64,000 nt of DNA. It comes from Tubiluchus corallicola. Lineage: Eukaryota > Animalia > Priapulida. The notes below the pieces were generated by a model. That model saw only the letters and a list, made by a program, of their open reading frames with translations. It ran no database searches and was not told the origin of the DNA. Below are positions 21,405 through 35,000 of this stretch, in pieces. Both the position numbers and the translations under genes were made by a program. Position 1 is the first letter of the stretch, and the number at the start of each line of letters is the position of its first letter. The DNA lies in the NCBI GenBank assembly GCA_030141605.1, contig JAQGDQ010000771.1:1-64000 (forward strand), in the 5' to 3' direction.

Positions 21405-24400
21405 CTGTAAATGAAATAAAAAATTGCATTAGAATCTAAACTGCAAAAAGAAGAAACTTCAAAAGATTGTTGTAGCTAATTTATAACTTATGCAACAGTG
21501 TAAGAGCAGTTTTATGAGAAGCTTAAAGTTTCATTAGTTTACATGCTTTGCTGAAGCAAGACAATTTTGTTTCGAATCCTGTCTGGTGATTCTTTTCTTA
21601 AGGTCATTCCTTGCAATGGTCAGGCTTTGAAGAACATAAGTCACACCTTGCAACATTTGGTAAGGATTTAAAGAACATAAGTCACTCCTTGCAATTGTAA
21701 GGATTTGAAGAACATAAGTGTAAGTCAGTTGTTTTTTACTTACTGAACTTACAGTCGCATCATGAAGCACGATACAAACAGCACAAACACTAAACTGACG
21801 TAACTCAAGAATTTTTAATCATCATGATTAACTAAATTTTAAGGAATTCAAATGAGAATTTGGCCAATGAAACAATGTTACAACTGCACAATGCTCAGTC
21901 TTTTTACATTTCAGGTTTATCATTACAAATCTGATTTGAAACTGAATATTGTTTAAGCACTTATCGCCAAAAATATGTAATATGGCTCATTAATGTCAGA
22001 CAACTATAAAGTCAGTGATTTTTCTCAACCATATGGTAACCTACGTGGCAGACGAACAGCTTATAAGATCTATCATCATTTATCAACAGCTACGGTAACA
22101 TTAGTCAGTTTGTCACGAAACTGAACCATTAATCTCAGTTTCTTCAAGCAGCAATTAACTTTGCAGTGAGTCATCAATTATTAATCAGGCAGGTATGGAC
22201 GGTTGACGGAGCACGAACCAATTTACATGTGCAAGCTGTTGCAATATTAGTAAAAGTGGCCGCATTCTACAAACTTGAAATTGTAGGAAATTGTAAGATA
22301 GCAAATTTACAAAATGAGGGACTTTCCAAAATGAAAAAAATGCTACTTGTAAAATGCGAAATGGAAACTTCCTTTTAGTCACGTCCTCTGCCTAATCAAG
22401 ATCTTGTGATGCTACTTGTAAAATATGAAATGGAAAAGTCTCTTTTAGTCGCATCCTCTACCTAATCAAGACCTTGCGATGCTACTAGTAAAATATGAAA
22501 TGGAAAAGTCTCTTTTAGTCGCATCCTCTGCCTAATCAAGATCTTGTGGTGCTACTTGTAAAATACGAAATGGAAAAGTCTCTTTTAGTCGCATCCTCTG
22601 CCTAATCAAGATCTTGTGATGCTACTTGTAAAATACGAAATGGAAAAGTCTCTTTTAGTCGCATCCTCTGCCTAATCAAGATCTTGTGATGCTACTTGTA
22701 AAATACGAAATGGAAAAGTCTCTTTTAGTCGCATCCTCTGCCTAATCAAGATCTTGTGATGCTACTTGTAAAATACGAAATGGAAAAGTCTCTTTTAGTC
22801 GCATCCTCTGCCTAATCAAGATCTTGTGATGCTACTTGTAAAATACGAAATGGAAAAGTCTCTTTTAGTCGCATCCTCTGCCTAATCAAGATCTTGTGAT
22901 GCTACTTGTAAAATACGAAATGGAAAAGTCTCTTTTAGTCGCATCCTCTGCCTAATCAAGATCTTGTGATGCTACTTGTAAAATATGAAATGGAAAAGTC
23001 TCTTTTAGTCGCATCCTCTGCCTAATCAAGATCTTGTGATGCTACTTGTAAAATACGAAATGGAAAAGTCTCTTTTAGTCGCATCCTCTGCCTAATCAAG
23101 ATCTTGTGATGCTACTTGTAAAATACGAAATGGAAAAGTCTCTTTTAGTCGCATCCTCTGCCTAATCAAGATCTTGTGATGCTCATGTCCGCAAACCAAA
23201 CTTGAATGATTAACAACTGAAAATATCAATTTGCGAAAATCCTACCGAGTATGCTCTCCAACGTGTAGTACGGTTGTTGCCTGGTTACGCGAAGATACTT
23301 TTGTAAAGCTCTGGCTAGTGTTGGGAAGACCGCCTGCGCTGCTTCCGCAGGATCCATCGGAATAGCCGGACCTGATGTAACATCAATAAATAGTACACCT
23401 TAATTAGTTACAAACCTTTCTTTAAAGTTACGAATTACTAACACATTATTACAAGAATCGTCTACAAATGTTACTTATCTATATATTTTACTTTGAAGGA
23501 GCTTCCTAGCTGTATATAACAGCAGTTTCAAATTTTTATGTTTAGGGAGTCAAAATTTACGACAGGGCAAAATAAAATAACACGGAATACCCTGTAACAT
23601 AGGCTACGAAATCTCTACCCTTCTGTAATCGTGTTTTCTCTGGAACTTTCTTTCTCTACCACAGTACAAAAGCCCAAAGCCATAATATTAGTGCGCTAAA
23701 AAAGCTAAATTCATGCTAATATTGCATTAATCACTCAAAATCTAATAAAAGTGGTCATACTTGTACCGGACGTGTGGAACACCAAGTTATTCTAGTATCA
23801 TCTCTTACTGTAAGACTTTTTGTGATTTTATCAGCATAACTTCTACACACCAGGATATTTCCACCGTTTATTCGTGTTTTTAAACACCATGAATATCACC
23901 CACATAATTCATCAGTAATTCGGTTGTTAAAAAAAGGTTAGATTACAGTGTTATACATTATTTTAAGTCTTTATAAACCCTCCCCACACTCTCATACCTA
24001 ACCCTTCCCCGCATCTCATGCGGGCGCAAGTACTACATTTCGTTTCTGGTGTGTATTCATCCGCCAAATAAATACACTATTTACTGTAAATGGGAATTTT
24101 TTATGATTTATTATATCCTTTTAATGTTAGAATTAATATCTTTAATATATTTTTATACATTTTGCAATTTTTTTAGGCAAAGTTCATCAAATCTATACAT
24201 TACTGTACAATACGTACTATGCATGTGCAAAAATACTTTAGACGGAGTACCGCAAAAACCCGCGAAACAGCGAAAATACCGCGATAAATATTGTACATTG
24301 ATATCTTTTAAAACCCACAAAACAGCGAGTCCGCAATAAACGAACTGCAAAGTAGCGAGGGAACACTGTAAACTCAAAATTTACACTACACATCAGCAAG

Positions 24401-27084
24401 TAAATTACAGAGGGAAACGAGAAGGAATGAGCTCTACATGAAGATATAGAAAAGAAAATAGTATACCAGGTTCATTTTGCAGTCTCTTGATGTGAGTAAA
24501 TGCTTCCTCCGCTGCAGAAACTAATCTAGCTTTCCTACGTCGCAAACGTCGTTCGTACTCCAACTCTTCGTAGAACCTCTCATTGTGCCCGGAATCCCGC
24601 CTCCTTGCCGCCGCCGCCATGACGGCTCGCGACCGACCCTGCAGCGAGTTTGTCCCGCCGACGGAATCGATATCGTAGAATTTAAAACTATTCGAAGCGC
24701 TACCGTTCTTGTGAGTTCGTGACGGTATTTTCTCTAGGTAGGGATTATACACGGGGAAGTCTTTGTAGTATTGTTCTAGCACCCACACAGCTGCACGTTG
24801 GATGCTCAGCTGTCCCATGTTGTAAGCCCGATGTTCGCCATCTGGCGATCGCACAACGTTTATAGTAAACTGAGACTGCATCTGTCGAATTTCCAGCAAA
24901 ATCACAGCTAGATAGTGAATAAACAGCAGCGCGTCTATAAACGACACGGCGTACTGCACAATTTTATAATACATGTCGGCATTTCTCTGCATGGTGGCAA
25001 AGTCTAGGCTACGATCGTAGTCGAAGTCTGCCGGGATCAAGTTCTCGAAGCTACTCGACTGTTTTTCCTCTCCGGCAAGTATGCGCACGCCGTAGAACAG
25101 CCAGTAGCAAAAGGTGAAAATGAACGTCATCACTAGCACGATGCCTCTTAGCACAAAAACACGAGGCATGCTGGCTTTAGGTCGACGGTAGAACAATGCC
25201 CACGAACCGATGAGAAGGATTGCTAGTTTGAAGGAAAGGCTCATCAATAAACCTTCGCAAGCTGCATCACAACTGAAAGAAAAAACACGTATTGTAACGC
25301 GCATTTACATGTCGACTAAATTAACTCAAGTTTCGTAATTAAAATAATTGTAACGCATCAACAACTCTTGGATATCTAAAGGTTAAAAAAGACAATTGTA
25401 ATCTAATAATTCTCTTTGCGAATGGCAAATCAATAATTCCCCCAGTTTGACACGTTTTGCCTAGTGGCAATGCCGGCCAAATACAATCTAAGCATTTCAA
25501 ACGCAAGTCAAAAAAATTGTTGGTACATACTGAATATGAAATTGGCAAAAGAAACAATAAGTTAGATAATATTATAATATAACAGTGATATTATATTATA
25601 TATAATATTGTTAGATATTATATTATATATAATATTGTTAGATATTATATTATATATAATATTGTTAGATATTATATAACATGGTTTTTATAGGTTTCTG
25701 TGCTGTATACAAGCTACTTCCAGCTTAAGATAATAAGCTACTTTAAAATAAGATATTTTAAGAAACTAAAATATTAGTTCCCAAACACAGTACCAAAATG
25801 GAATGGTAATAGAGGAATTTGTTGATTTAAAGGATAACTCTAAAATGATTTACATCCACACGCCCACGCAAATTTAACACTTTCACGTATTCACACCTGA
25901 TTTCCGTCAATCCGGGTACGGCAATGAATTCCGGAAGAACGACAAACGCAACCGGCGTCAGAAATGCAAACAAGGCCAGGATTACGGCGACAGCTGTGCC
26001 CAGATACTGCGTACACTTGAAGCTGAGAGATTCGTCAAATTCCTTCTGCAGCGTGGACATGTCCTCCATGGATATTGACCGCTCGGACGTGTTACCCGTG
26101 ATGCACGTGGTGTTTTCCCCCCAGTTATCATCCTGAGGGATAATTTGTACCTGAAAATAAACAAATGCGTCAGTACACAAAGCCTGTAATAGCGAAACTC
26201 ATGATTTGGGAATGACGAGGGATTCTTCTGCATTTATATAAATTAAAATGCAGTTTTGTGGATAAATCTAATGAATATATTAGATTATAGATTATTAGAT
26301 TAAGATGTGATTATATGTAGTATTCAACACAAGCAGGCCTAAGTGCATCAGCTTAAAGTGAAAAAAACCGCAATTTTAAATTACATCCCCCAAAAAGCCT
26401 TCCATTGATCATGCTTACCTGTTTGAAATACTTATGAAACTAGAAAAAAAATTCTTGGTAATTTAAAATGTTTGCGCCAAAGTCGCAGACTCACCTTCCC
26501 AGCATGCACCACTGATTCACCAAAAATAGTCTTTTTAGTCTTATTGACTGAGACGTAGTACTTTATACTTTTGCTTAGCTAGCGAAGAGTGGTCTATAAA
26601 TGCTCTGACTGTTTTTTCAAATTTTACATGTTATCTAAATTTGTTTGAAATGATGTACTGTTAACAGGGCTGTGTCTAAAGGCCATCAGGGGGGAGTTTA
26701 AATTTACATACTTTATATACAGCGTTCCTACTAACAGTAACACAAATTTTGCGAGGCAGTAAGGCAGTATGTAGCTGATATAAAATTTCAAGACAATTTT
26801 TTTAAATTCATGTAAAGGGTTTCCTTGCGCTTTAAATTTCTGGAATGAAAAAACACTAATCTTTCTTCTACCTCTATAGTCTCATCGCCGGCATGGGAGC
26901 CGCCATCACCGCTGTTTATTGCGTTCATCTCTTCACCGGTGAGGCGCCCCCTATTGGGAGCTTGTCGGTGTCGGGAGCGACGATGCTTGCCAGCGCTGCC
27001 GTGACTGCGACGAGACTGGTTCGACTTCTCGCTGTGACCCGACCTGACGCTTTCCACGTCCACATTATTCATGGTGGTAATCAT
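21103..27084 (-). CDS. Vangl: Van Gogh-like / Strabismus planar cell polarity protein, complete CDS (566 aa)
   Basis: Exons 27084-26872, 26150-25897, 25272-24467, 23371-23246 and 21404-21103 join in frame (1701 nt). Motifs: SxxSxHS N-terminus, [21 protein letters not shown], four TM helices, [29 protein letters not shown]-terminal PDZ ligand ETSV. Confidence 0.97.
22341..23183. repeat. 60-bp minisatellite (~14 copies) in a Vangl intron
   Basis: Successive 60-nt lines are nearly identical. Confidence 0.97.
23246..23371 (-). CDS. Vangl: Vangl coding exon 4
   Basis: [41 protein letters not shown]; catcag / gtagga; phase 1/1; absent from the ORF track. Confidence 0.95.
23830..24370. mobile_element. 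Possible Tc1/mariner Tigger-like MITE remnant
   Basis: Right end ...GTAGCGAGGGAACACTG|TA with subterminal CCGCGA motifs; left end not clearly found. Confidence 0.35.
24467..25272 (-). CDS. Vangl: Vangl coding exon 3
   Basis: TM2-TM4 and cytoplasmic tail; tctttcag / gtatac; phase 2/1. Confidence 0.97.
25897..26150 (-). CDS. Vangl: Vangl coding exon 2
   Basis: [15 protein letters not shown]...TM1; ttttcag / gtgtga; phase 0/2. Confidence 0.95.
26872..27084 (-). CDS. Vangl: Vangl first coding exon (exon begins at 27103 after an AG acceptor)
   Basis: [21 protein letters not shown]...DETIE, gtagaa donor, phase 0. Confidence 0.9.
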
Positions 27085-28076
27085 GACACGTCACACCATC
27101 ATTCTGTACACAGAAGAAAAATCAAACTTAATTTCTTGCAATTTACACACATTTTGAGCTTACAGTGAAGCGAGAGGTTAGGGGTTTCAATCCAAGAGAT
27201 TAAAACACACAAACAGATAGACAGACATTTTTTTATTCGTCTCTTAATTAACGCCAGAATTACAAGATACACAATAAGTGCTAATGATTAATGATTGTGA
27301 TAAAAATACATATGTAAAAGAAAGTGTGCAGGAGAAAAAGTAGCAAAGAACCAATTGGTCATCAGAGTTAGCTACCCTTCTCAAATGAATGTAAATTATA
27401 ATAAAATTTCATAGCACTGACGAATTATTATTATATAGAGTAGATGAAAAATCATTGTTACTGAAAATTCTGGGGGGGGGGACAAATTATGTATGAAAGA
27501 CGGTGTAACTACATACATGTAGACTACATGGTAAGGAAAGAAATGTAATAAAACGGAAATATGAAATATGTAGACTCAAAAAATCTGTAAATAATATGTA
27601 TAACTGATTAAAGTATAAAACAAAGGAACCAAATCAGATCAAACCAAAGAAGGAAAGAAGTTATAGTTGAAGAATTAATAATGGAAAACAAAAAATATGC
27701 ACAACAATATAAAGGAATGAATATGTGTGATGATATGCTGAATAAACAATGGAACAAGAGAACAATGCCACAGACTGCATTGTTCGTGGTGGCTTGTGAC
27801 CCACATGGTTGTCTCAAATTTTATTAGCAGCAGCTCTGAACGTAAGACTTCGTAAGGAATCATTTGGGTTGCGGTTACTTCTGTTTTGAATTTCACCGAA
27901 CAAGAAGTTAATTCAACTGGCATTTAATGCATCTCACTGTTTTGTTGGATTGTTATTAAAATTCAGCGTACACCAAGAGCAAACCCGCATTTTCTGATGT
28001 TCAAGGTCACGACATACGGACGCGCCAATGTTATTCTACAGAGCATGCATTGAAGACTTACGCCCACTGCTCATCG

Positions 28077-28394
28077 CACATATAGAATTAACAGAAACAA
28101 CTGTTGTGCTCCGAAAGGCTTCACTTATAGAATTAACAGAAACAACTGTTGTGCTTCGAAAGCCTTCACATATAGAATTAACAGAAACAACTGTTGTGCT
28201 TCGAAAGCCTTCACATATAGAATTAACAGAAACAACAGTTGTGCTTTGAAACGCTTCACATATAGAATTAACAGAAACAACAGTTGTGCTTTGAAACGGT
28301 TCACATATAGAATTAACAGAAACAACTGTTGTGCTCCGAAAGGCTTCACATATAGAATAAACAGAAACAACTGTTGTACTCTGAAACGCTTCAC
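28077..28394. repeat. 45-bp minisatellite (~7 copies)
   Basis: Unit cacatatagaattaacagaaacaactgttgtgcttcgaaagcctt. Confidence 0.95.
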
Positions 28395-29303
28395 TTGTAC
28401 TGCAACTAAAAATTTGACCTACAGTATTCAAAACCTGTTTACGTACATTTTTGCACTATAGGTATAATACGTAGTTTTCCACTTACTCTACTCTTATTAA
28501 TTATTTATCACCGTAGACTGTAGAATATCGACCAACTCTCTTTAATGTAAATCAACACAATAAAATACCCCAAGCAAACGAAGAATATTAGTTAATATTT
28601 TAGCACAAACCGAAACCCGATAACCTCACATACAAGTTTCAATTCCGACTGTATCAATGTACAATGCACTTCCTACAACACACACCGATCAGTTCTCACT
28701 GCATCGTGAGACTATTCATTTCACGTTATCGCGTCGCGTCATCCATACTTTTCTGCAGTAATGCTGTCACAATGAGCAGTTCTGATGAGTTTCGCTATAG
28801 CGTACTAGGATAATCTCCCGTCCACGCACGTGACATCATTGCCAATCAATAACGCTGAATCACTGGCTTCAACTGCAGCGGTAGTTAACGCATTTGCTGC
28901 CTCAAGCAAAACTTCAGAAAGTGACAAAGAAATTCACAGCTCTGGTAGTACTTATACAGATACTTCAACAAGCAGACACGTGACTAATATTGATTGGTCA
29001 CTCCTGGGCTGACTAAATTTGCATAGGTCTATTAAACCTCGTACAGAGACAAAGGCACTTCGTAGATTCTCTATGGTTTCTTAGTCTCTCTAAGCGGCAC
29101 ACGAGAAAGAGGAAAGGATGGATGGTGGGACTCACTAAGGACAAATATAATAGTCTTGCACGTTATAGTAACTGATATATTAAGCGCGATCCGACCTAGA
29201 GTAAACTAAATCTAATCTAGCAATGGTACAGTAAATACTTAGTTTAAACTACATTCTTACTATAACTATGTCCAGGCTGTCAGTCGCTACTATTCAACCT
29301 CAC

Positions 29304-30212
29304 CATAACTGTATTTGATCTTAGCATAACTGTGTATGATCTTAGCATAACTGTGTATGATCTTAGCATAACCGTATTAAATTTTAGCATAACTATAATT
29401 GATTTTGGCGTTATTCGACCTTAGTATTCGATTCTTAGCATAACTGTGTTTGATCTTAGCATAGCTGTGTTTGATCTTAGCATAGCTGTATTTGATCTTA
29501 GCATAACTGTATTTGATTTTAGCATAACTGTATTTGATCTTAGCATAACTGTATTCGATTCTTAGCATAATTGTATTTAATTCTTGGCATAACTGTATTT
29601 GATTTTGGCATAACGATATTCGATCTTAGCATAGCTGCATTTGATCTTAGCATAATTGTATTTGATCTTAGCATAACTGTGTATGATCTTAGCATAACTG
29701 TGTATGATCTTAGCATAACTGTATTTGATCTTAACATAACCGTATTAAATTTTAGCATAACTATATTTGATTTTGGCGTTATTTGACCTTAGTATTCGAT
29801 TCTTAGCATAACTGTGTTTGATCTTAGCATAGCTGTATTTGATCTTAGCATAACTGTATTCGATTCTTAGCATAGCTGTATTTGATCTTAGCATAACTGT
29901 ATTCGATTCTTAGCATAACTGTATTTGATTTTGGCATAGCGGTATTAGATCTTAGCATAACTGTATTTGATTTTGGCATAGCGGTATTAGATCTTAGCAT
30001 AACTGTATTTGATTTTGGCATAGCGGTATTAGATCTTAGCATAACTGTATTTGATTTTGGCATAGCGGTATTAGATCTTAGCATAACTGTATTTGATTTT
30101 GGCATAGCGGTATTCGATCTTAGCATAACTGTATTTGATTTTGGCATAGCGGTATTAGATCTTAGCATAACTGTATTTGATTTTGGCATAGCGGTATTCG
30201 ATTTTAGCATAA
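29304..30212. repeat. 21-bp minisatellite with a 42-bp dimeric sub-array
   Basis: Unit cttagcataactgtatttgat; alternating ttggcatagcggtattaga variant from ~29930. Confidence 0.95.
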
Positions 30213-30983
30213 TCAGTCGATTGTATTTTTCTGTGTGCTTCATTTTTTGTTTTATGGACGGTAACTAAGAAGCTTTATGATTGGCGTTTTATTATTATAA
30301 TTCCGTCTTAAAATAAACTATTACGTGCTCACTATTTGTACTAAAACATTCTGAATATACAAGGGATACTTTCTATTTTTTCACATTTTCCACGTAGAGT
30401 CATTGTAAACTTTTCCATGTATAATGTACTTTCAATTTCTTTGCAGCACAAGGTTTGTGTTCGAATCCCAGTAAAAGCGTACAACATTCATGATTTTTAA
30501 TTTAATACTGATTTCGTGAGCTTATAAAATTTTCACTGCACAAAAATAGAACAAAGGCATCAGAAACCTAGAGGCAGAGATCAGACAGATCTATATGGAT
30601 GCGTCACGGAGTAATTTATTTGATTAAATTTTGTCATAATCTACAGCTTATTTGCACGGTACTCTTTGATGTAGCTAATCTCTAATTAGTTGATCTTTTT
30701 CGTTTTTGCTACTCAGTCGCGGTACGCGCAGAGAAGAGATATTTCTGCTGAAGAAAAAAGATAAATATTTACGATAAAGCAGACGCACTTGGGAATAAAC
30801 GTGGCTCCAAGTTTTATGAGATTTGGGAATGACGCTGTTTACAGGCAGCCATTACTGTATCAAATTAATCAAACCCCTGATATATGATAACCTAGATGAT
30901 AATCTGCCTGTTAAATGCATGTCACACATAAAAAACTAACGATACCTACAGAAATCAAATAATGAACAGTGCATGGTCAAAAT

Positions 30984-31275
30984 CAGGGCGTATTTCAGGG
31001 GGAGGGAAGTGGGGATACTTCCCCGGGGCCTCACCCTCCAGGGGGGGGCTCGCACCGAGGTAACATTATTTTTTTGGTTTATGCGAACATACTGTATAAC
31101 TCCATATTTTCTCTTCGAAAATGCTTCTCCGGCGTTCTAGCAGTTCAAAAATTTTCTGGGCGCCAACCATGGTAGCACACGACCACTACCCACCCCCCCC
31201 GGTGCTTCGCCCCGCCCCGAGGAGGCCTCACACGCCCCATTTCCCCGGGCCTCGCTTAGGCTGAAATAGGCCCTA
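30984..31275. mobile_element. GC-rich hAT-type MITE (292 bp)
   Basis: TIRs CAGGGCGTATTTCAG / CTGAAATAGGCCCTA (13/15); perfect 8-bp TSD GTCAAAAT. Confidence 0.85.
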
Positions 31276-32339
31276 GTCAAAATTAAGGTTAAAACTCGTT
31301 AATATTTCGAAAAAAATTATGTAGCATATAGATATCTCAAATTATACTCACTGTACTCATACATTAACTCAAGAATTGTTAAAACCTTGAGTTCTGACTT
31401 AAGACGCTACACTGATCGTTAAGCCTAACATAAAGTATAGCCTGTACATTACATTACGTTTCGCGTAATAATATTGAAACTAATAATGTAAAACTAAGCG
31501 TAGCGACTGATAGTCAAAAACATTTTTGATAGAAGCGAGAAAGCCCTCCAATTCGTCATATTTACAAAAAAAAAATCGGTGAAAATGCAGCTTGAATTCT
31601 GAAATAACCTTTATGAAAAAATCGAAACCATTTCTACAACTGTGCAGTACAATCACACCGTCTTCTTTGAAAAAATGCAGTAGAAATTTACTGTCATTTC
31701 ATACTGCAATCAAAATGGCAGAGAAATCTGAGGAATAATTGAGTATTCTGTACACGAGGCAAGAGAGTAATTGCACACCTTCCCCCGAGGAGAAAATCTA
31801 AAACTCAACAGCACCAGTTGCATTACGCATAACCTCTACTTCAATTATCCATGCCTCCTTGGCTCACTTGTTTAAGCAAATTTCCCTTAATGACAGAGAA
31901 GCCAGCCACCGCTCGGGTAATTAGGGGTCCCTAACTACCAATAAATCTATTTTTCGCATAATAAGCTCGCAGCGTAAGTGCTAGTACTAGAGGCGAGCAA
32001 CAGATGCTAATGTTTGCACAAAACACTTGCACCTGTGCCTGGATTATCAACATCACATCAACATGAGATTTTATAATTTCAATAAAACATGACGCAAGCC
32101 AAAATGATTTTTTTGCTGAAACCAATTTACTGATTTTGTTAAAAAAAAGGGGGTGTGCTTGTGTCAACACGGTACGAAATGCAATATGGCTACAATCTGT
32201 CCAGCAACGGCCCAATATGCAAGTATTTTGAAAAGTATATTAACCACGGATTAATGCATACGTATATACAAAAAACTATTATTATCTGCACGAAAAAAAT
32301 CCTTGTCATTAAATTAGGCACGTCCATAGTTGCAGTTAA

Positions 32340-32582
32340 CCCTTTCATACCCATTGTATCCCGTGGGATACGAGAAATTTTAAAACTGACAGTTATTTGA
32401 TCTGTTAATAGTTATTTTAATTTAAGCCATTGAGATAAGACTAAAAATGGTGATAAAATGGCAAACTAGAAAATCTACATAGCATAGAAAAAATAATTAT
32501 TATGTGTAAAAAAGATGGACTTACTGAACAAAAGTACTAAGCAACAATTTTTTTGTTAAAAAATAATTTAGAACTGAAAGGG
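32340..32582. mobile_element. piggyBac-like MITE (243 bp)
   Basis: TTAA|CCCTTTCA...TGAAAGGG|TTAA. Confidence 0.75.
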
Positions 32583-33551
32583 TTAAGCAAGCACAAGGGT
32601 GCATATGCCGTATCTCTGACTAAATCGTAAAATTTCCATATTGTTCACAGACACAGCGATCCTCTATCCTACCTGACCCAACACTTTTACAGATGCAATT
32701 TTATATAGATACAGATTCGATTTTACAATAGCAAGCGGAAAAACACTAAATTATGAGAAAATTCGAATATATTAATAATAATAAATCTTGATTATTACTG
32801 ACATTAAATAGCTAACAATATCAGCGGAGCTAAAAAATGATAAAATTCATGAAACAAAAAAAAGCAAATAATCAATCGAGCAATAATTAGTTAAATACAG
32901 CAGCTTCTTTTTAGCAAAACGTCCCTTAAACGAAGCAGCAAGATGCTTCCATAAATGGCGCAGAAAATTAAATGAGCCAAGTGAATATTTACGGTGACAT
33001 AAAACTTTTAACAACTAAAAATTTTTCTTCAATTTATCACTAGCTGGTTGTATTGGTGACGAAAAACATGAAAATGGAATTACTAAAACTTGTCAATTCA
33101 CGTGGACAACGCGGAACTTATCAGGCAAAATAAAATATACACCCGCACGCGTAATTATAATGCAGGAAAAAGAGAGATTTCATCTACCTGCGTCTGCTTG
33201 CTATGCAGGTAAATAGTCTCTCGACAGGTATAATTAGTAGGCAGGTATGGTTAACACTTGACACCTCTCTTATCTGCTTATAGACCGACATTTTAGTAGA
33301 TAAAAATCAGTGGAGATGTTCAAGTCCCATTGTAAAGAGGTAAAGTGTAATCCCAGTAGAAGTTGCACTTGACACAGTTTATGGTAGAGAGCAAACCTGT
33401 TAATTGCTCTGATTTTCAGTAATTTCCTGATAACTTAACACTTAACTGCCTGCAAATTGGGCTACGTAGTTTTCGCAAATTTTTGAAAGTACAACTTTTG
33501 TTCTCACTATCCGAATACATTCATTATCCTATCCAAAAAAACTGTACGTGT

Positions 33552-33891
33552 ACATTACAAACATTACATTACATTACATTACACTACATTACATTACACT
33601 ATGTTACGTTACATTACGTTACGTTACATTACATTACACTATGTTACGTTACATTACATTACACTACATTACATTACATTACACTATGTTACGTCACATT
33701 ACGTTACGTTACATTACATTACATTACATTACATTACCCTATGTTACGTCACATTACATTACACTACATTACATTACACTATGTTACGTTACACTATGTT
33801 ACGTTACATTACATTACACTACACTACACTACACTACACTACACTACACTACACTACACTACACTACACTACACTACATTACGTGTACATT
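33552..33891. repeat. Pentanucleotide microsatellite (ACATT/ACGTT/ACACT)n
   Basis: Direct inspection. Confidence 0.97.
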
Positions 33892-35000
33892 TGTAAATTA
33901 CAACTGAATACTATAGCTAGTGCGCGTAACATTAAAAAAAGTTATAGAAAATAAGTGATTTACCAACAAAAACCCCACAAGAGAGATCGAAAAAAGGGAG
34001 AGTCAGCACCACTTCCAGACGAAAGAAAAAAATGTAAAAATCAATAAATCTATACTAACAGTTCAAAATCGGATTAAATTAGCTACTGCAAATTCTGCCA
34101 TAATACGCAGAGTGAAAAACACAAAGCCTTCATATTAATAGCAAAAACGTATAATTGTTACATTGAATTAAAAATAAACTTTGTCCAGCTAATTTACGGA
34201 TACCATGAATCATTTACAACGCGGAAATAATTTCTAATCGGTGAAATGATGGCGGAATAAAGTAATTTTATGAATATTGATTTCTTGTGAGGTCAAAGGT
34301 CAACCTTTTCCCGTGAAAGGAAGAAAATGACATTCTAACCTCCTTTCAGAAATCGTCAGCGTGATCTTGTTACAACATGTTACTGCCAAGCGGGTCTAAG
34401 GCATGCCCGCTTTCAACACTACGGGAAGCTGATGATCAGAAGATGAGAGCACAGCTGATGTTAATCACTCCATTCTGAAACCATTTCCTCTCGGGAAGCT
34501 TACAACATGCATAGTAAACACTACCGACTACCCAAATGACGCTCGCATTACAATGATAAAGAGAATTTTGTCATCTCTCCGCCCTTTCTCCGCCCCGTCT
34601 ATTCTGTTTTAAGATCATTAATAAAAACAGGTGCAACTGCTTTTGTTCCTACTGACGCTATGCGATACTAATTTGCTAGATTTATTACACGAGGAAACCA
34701 TGACACATACGCTCGGTTGTAAAACGCTCCAATTGCACACGCAAGAATAATGCAACGTCATTTGAGGAATACAAGATGCGAAAACTGAGGTGGCGAAGTG
34801 CATGTAAAATAAGGGAAGACTGGAAAAAGCATATATGATTATCATATGTGACAATGGGATCATCTGGAAAACCAGTAAAATCGGTAGACATGTGATTTTC
34901 AAACGGTAGTCATTGTCAGCAATATTGGCAATATTGTTTACACTATGTAATGTATTATTTTGTATAAAAAACATTAACATTTCAATCACTGGTGTCCAAG

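Noticed and set aside
23372-24466. Possible GT-AG U12 intron in Vangl (donor GTATAC)
   Set aside because: The donor is GTATACTAT, not GTATCCTT, and no CCTTAAC branch site precedes the acceptor.
27331-27382. Hammerhead ribozyme (CTGATGA + hairpin on the minus strand)
   Set aside because: The required GAAA core after stem II is missing (CTTT instead), and sister copies lack CTGATGA.
33483-33954. His/Tyr/Thr-rich ORFs
   Set aside because: Translation of a pentanucleotide microsatellite.
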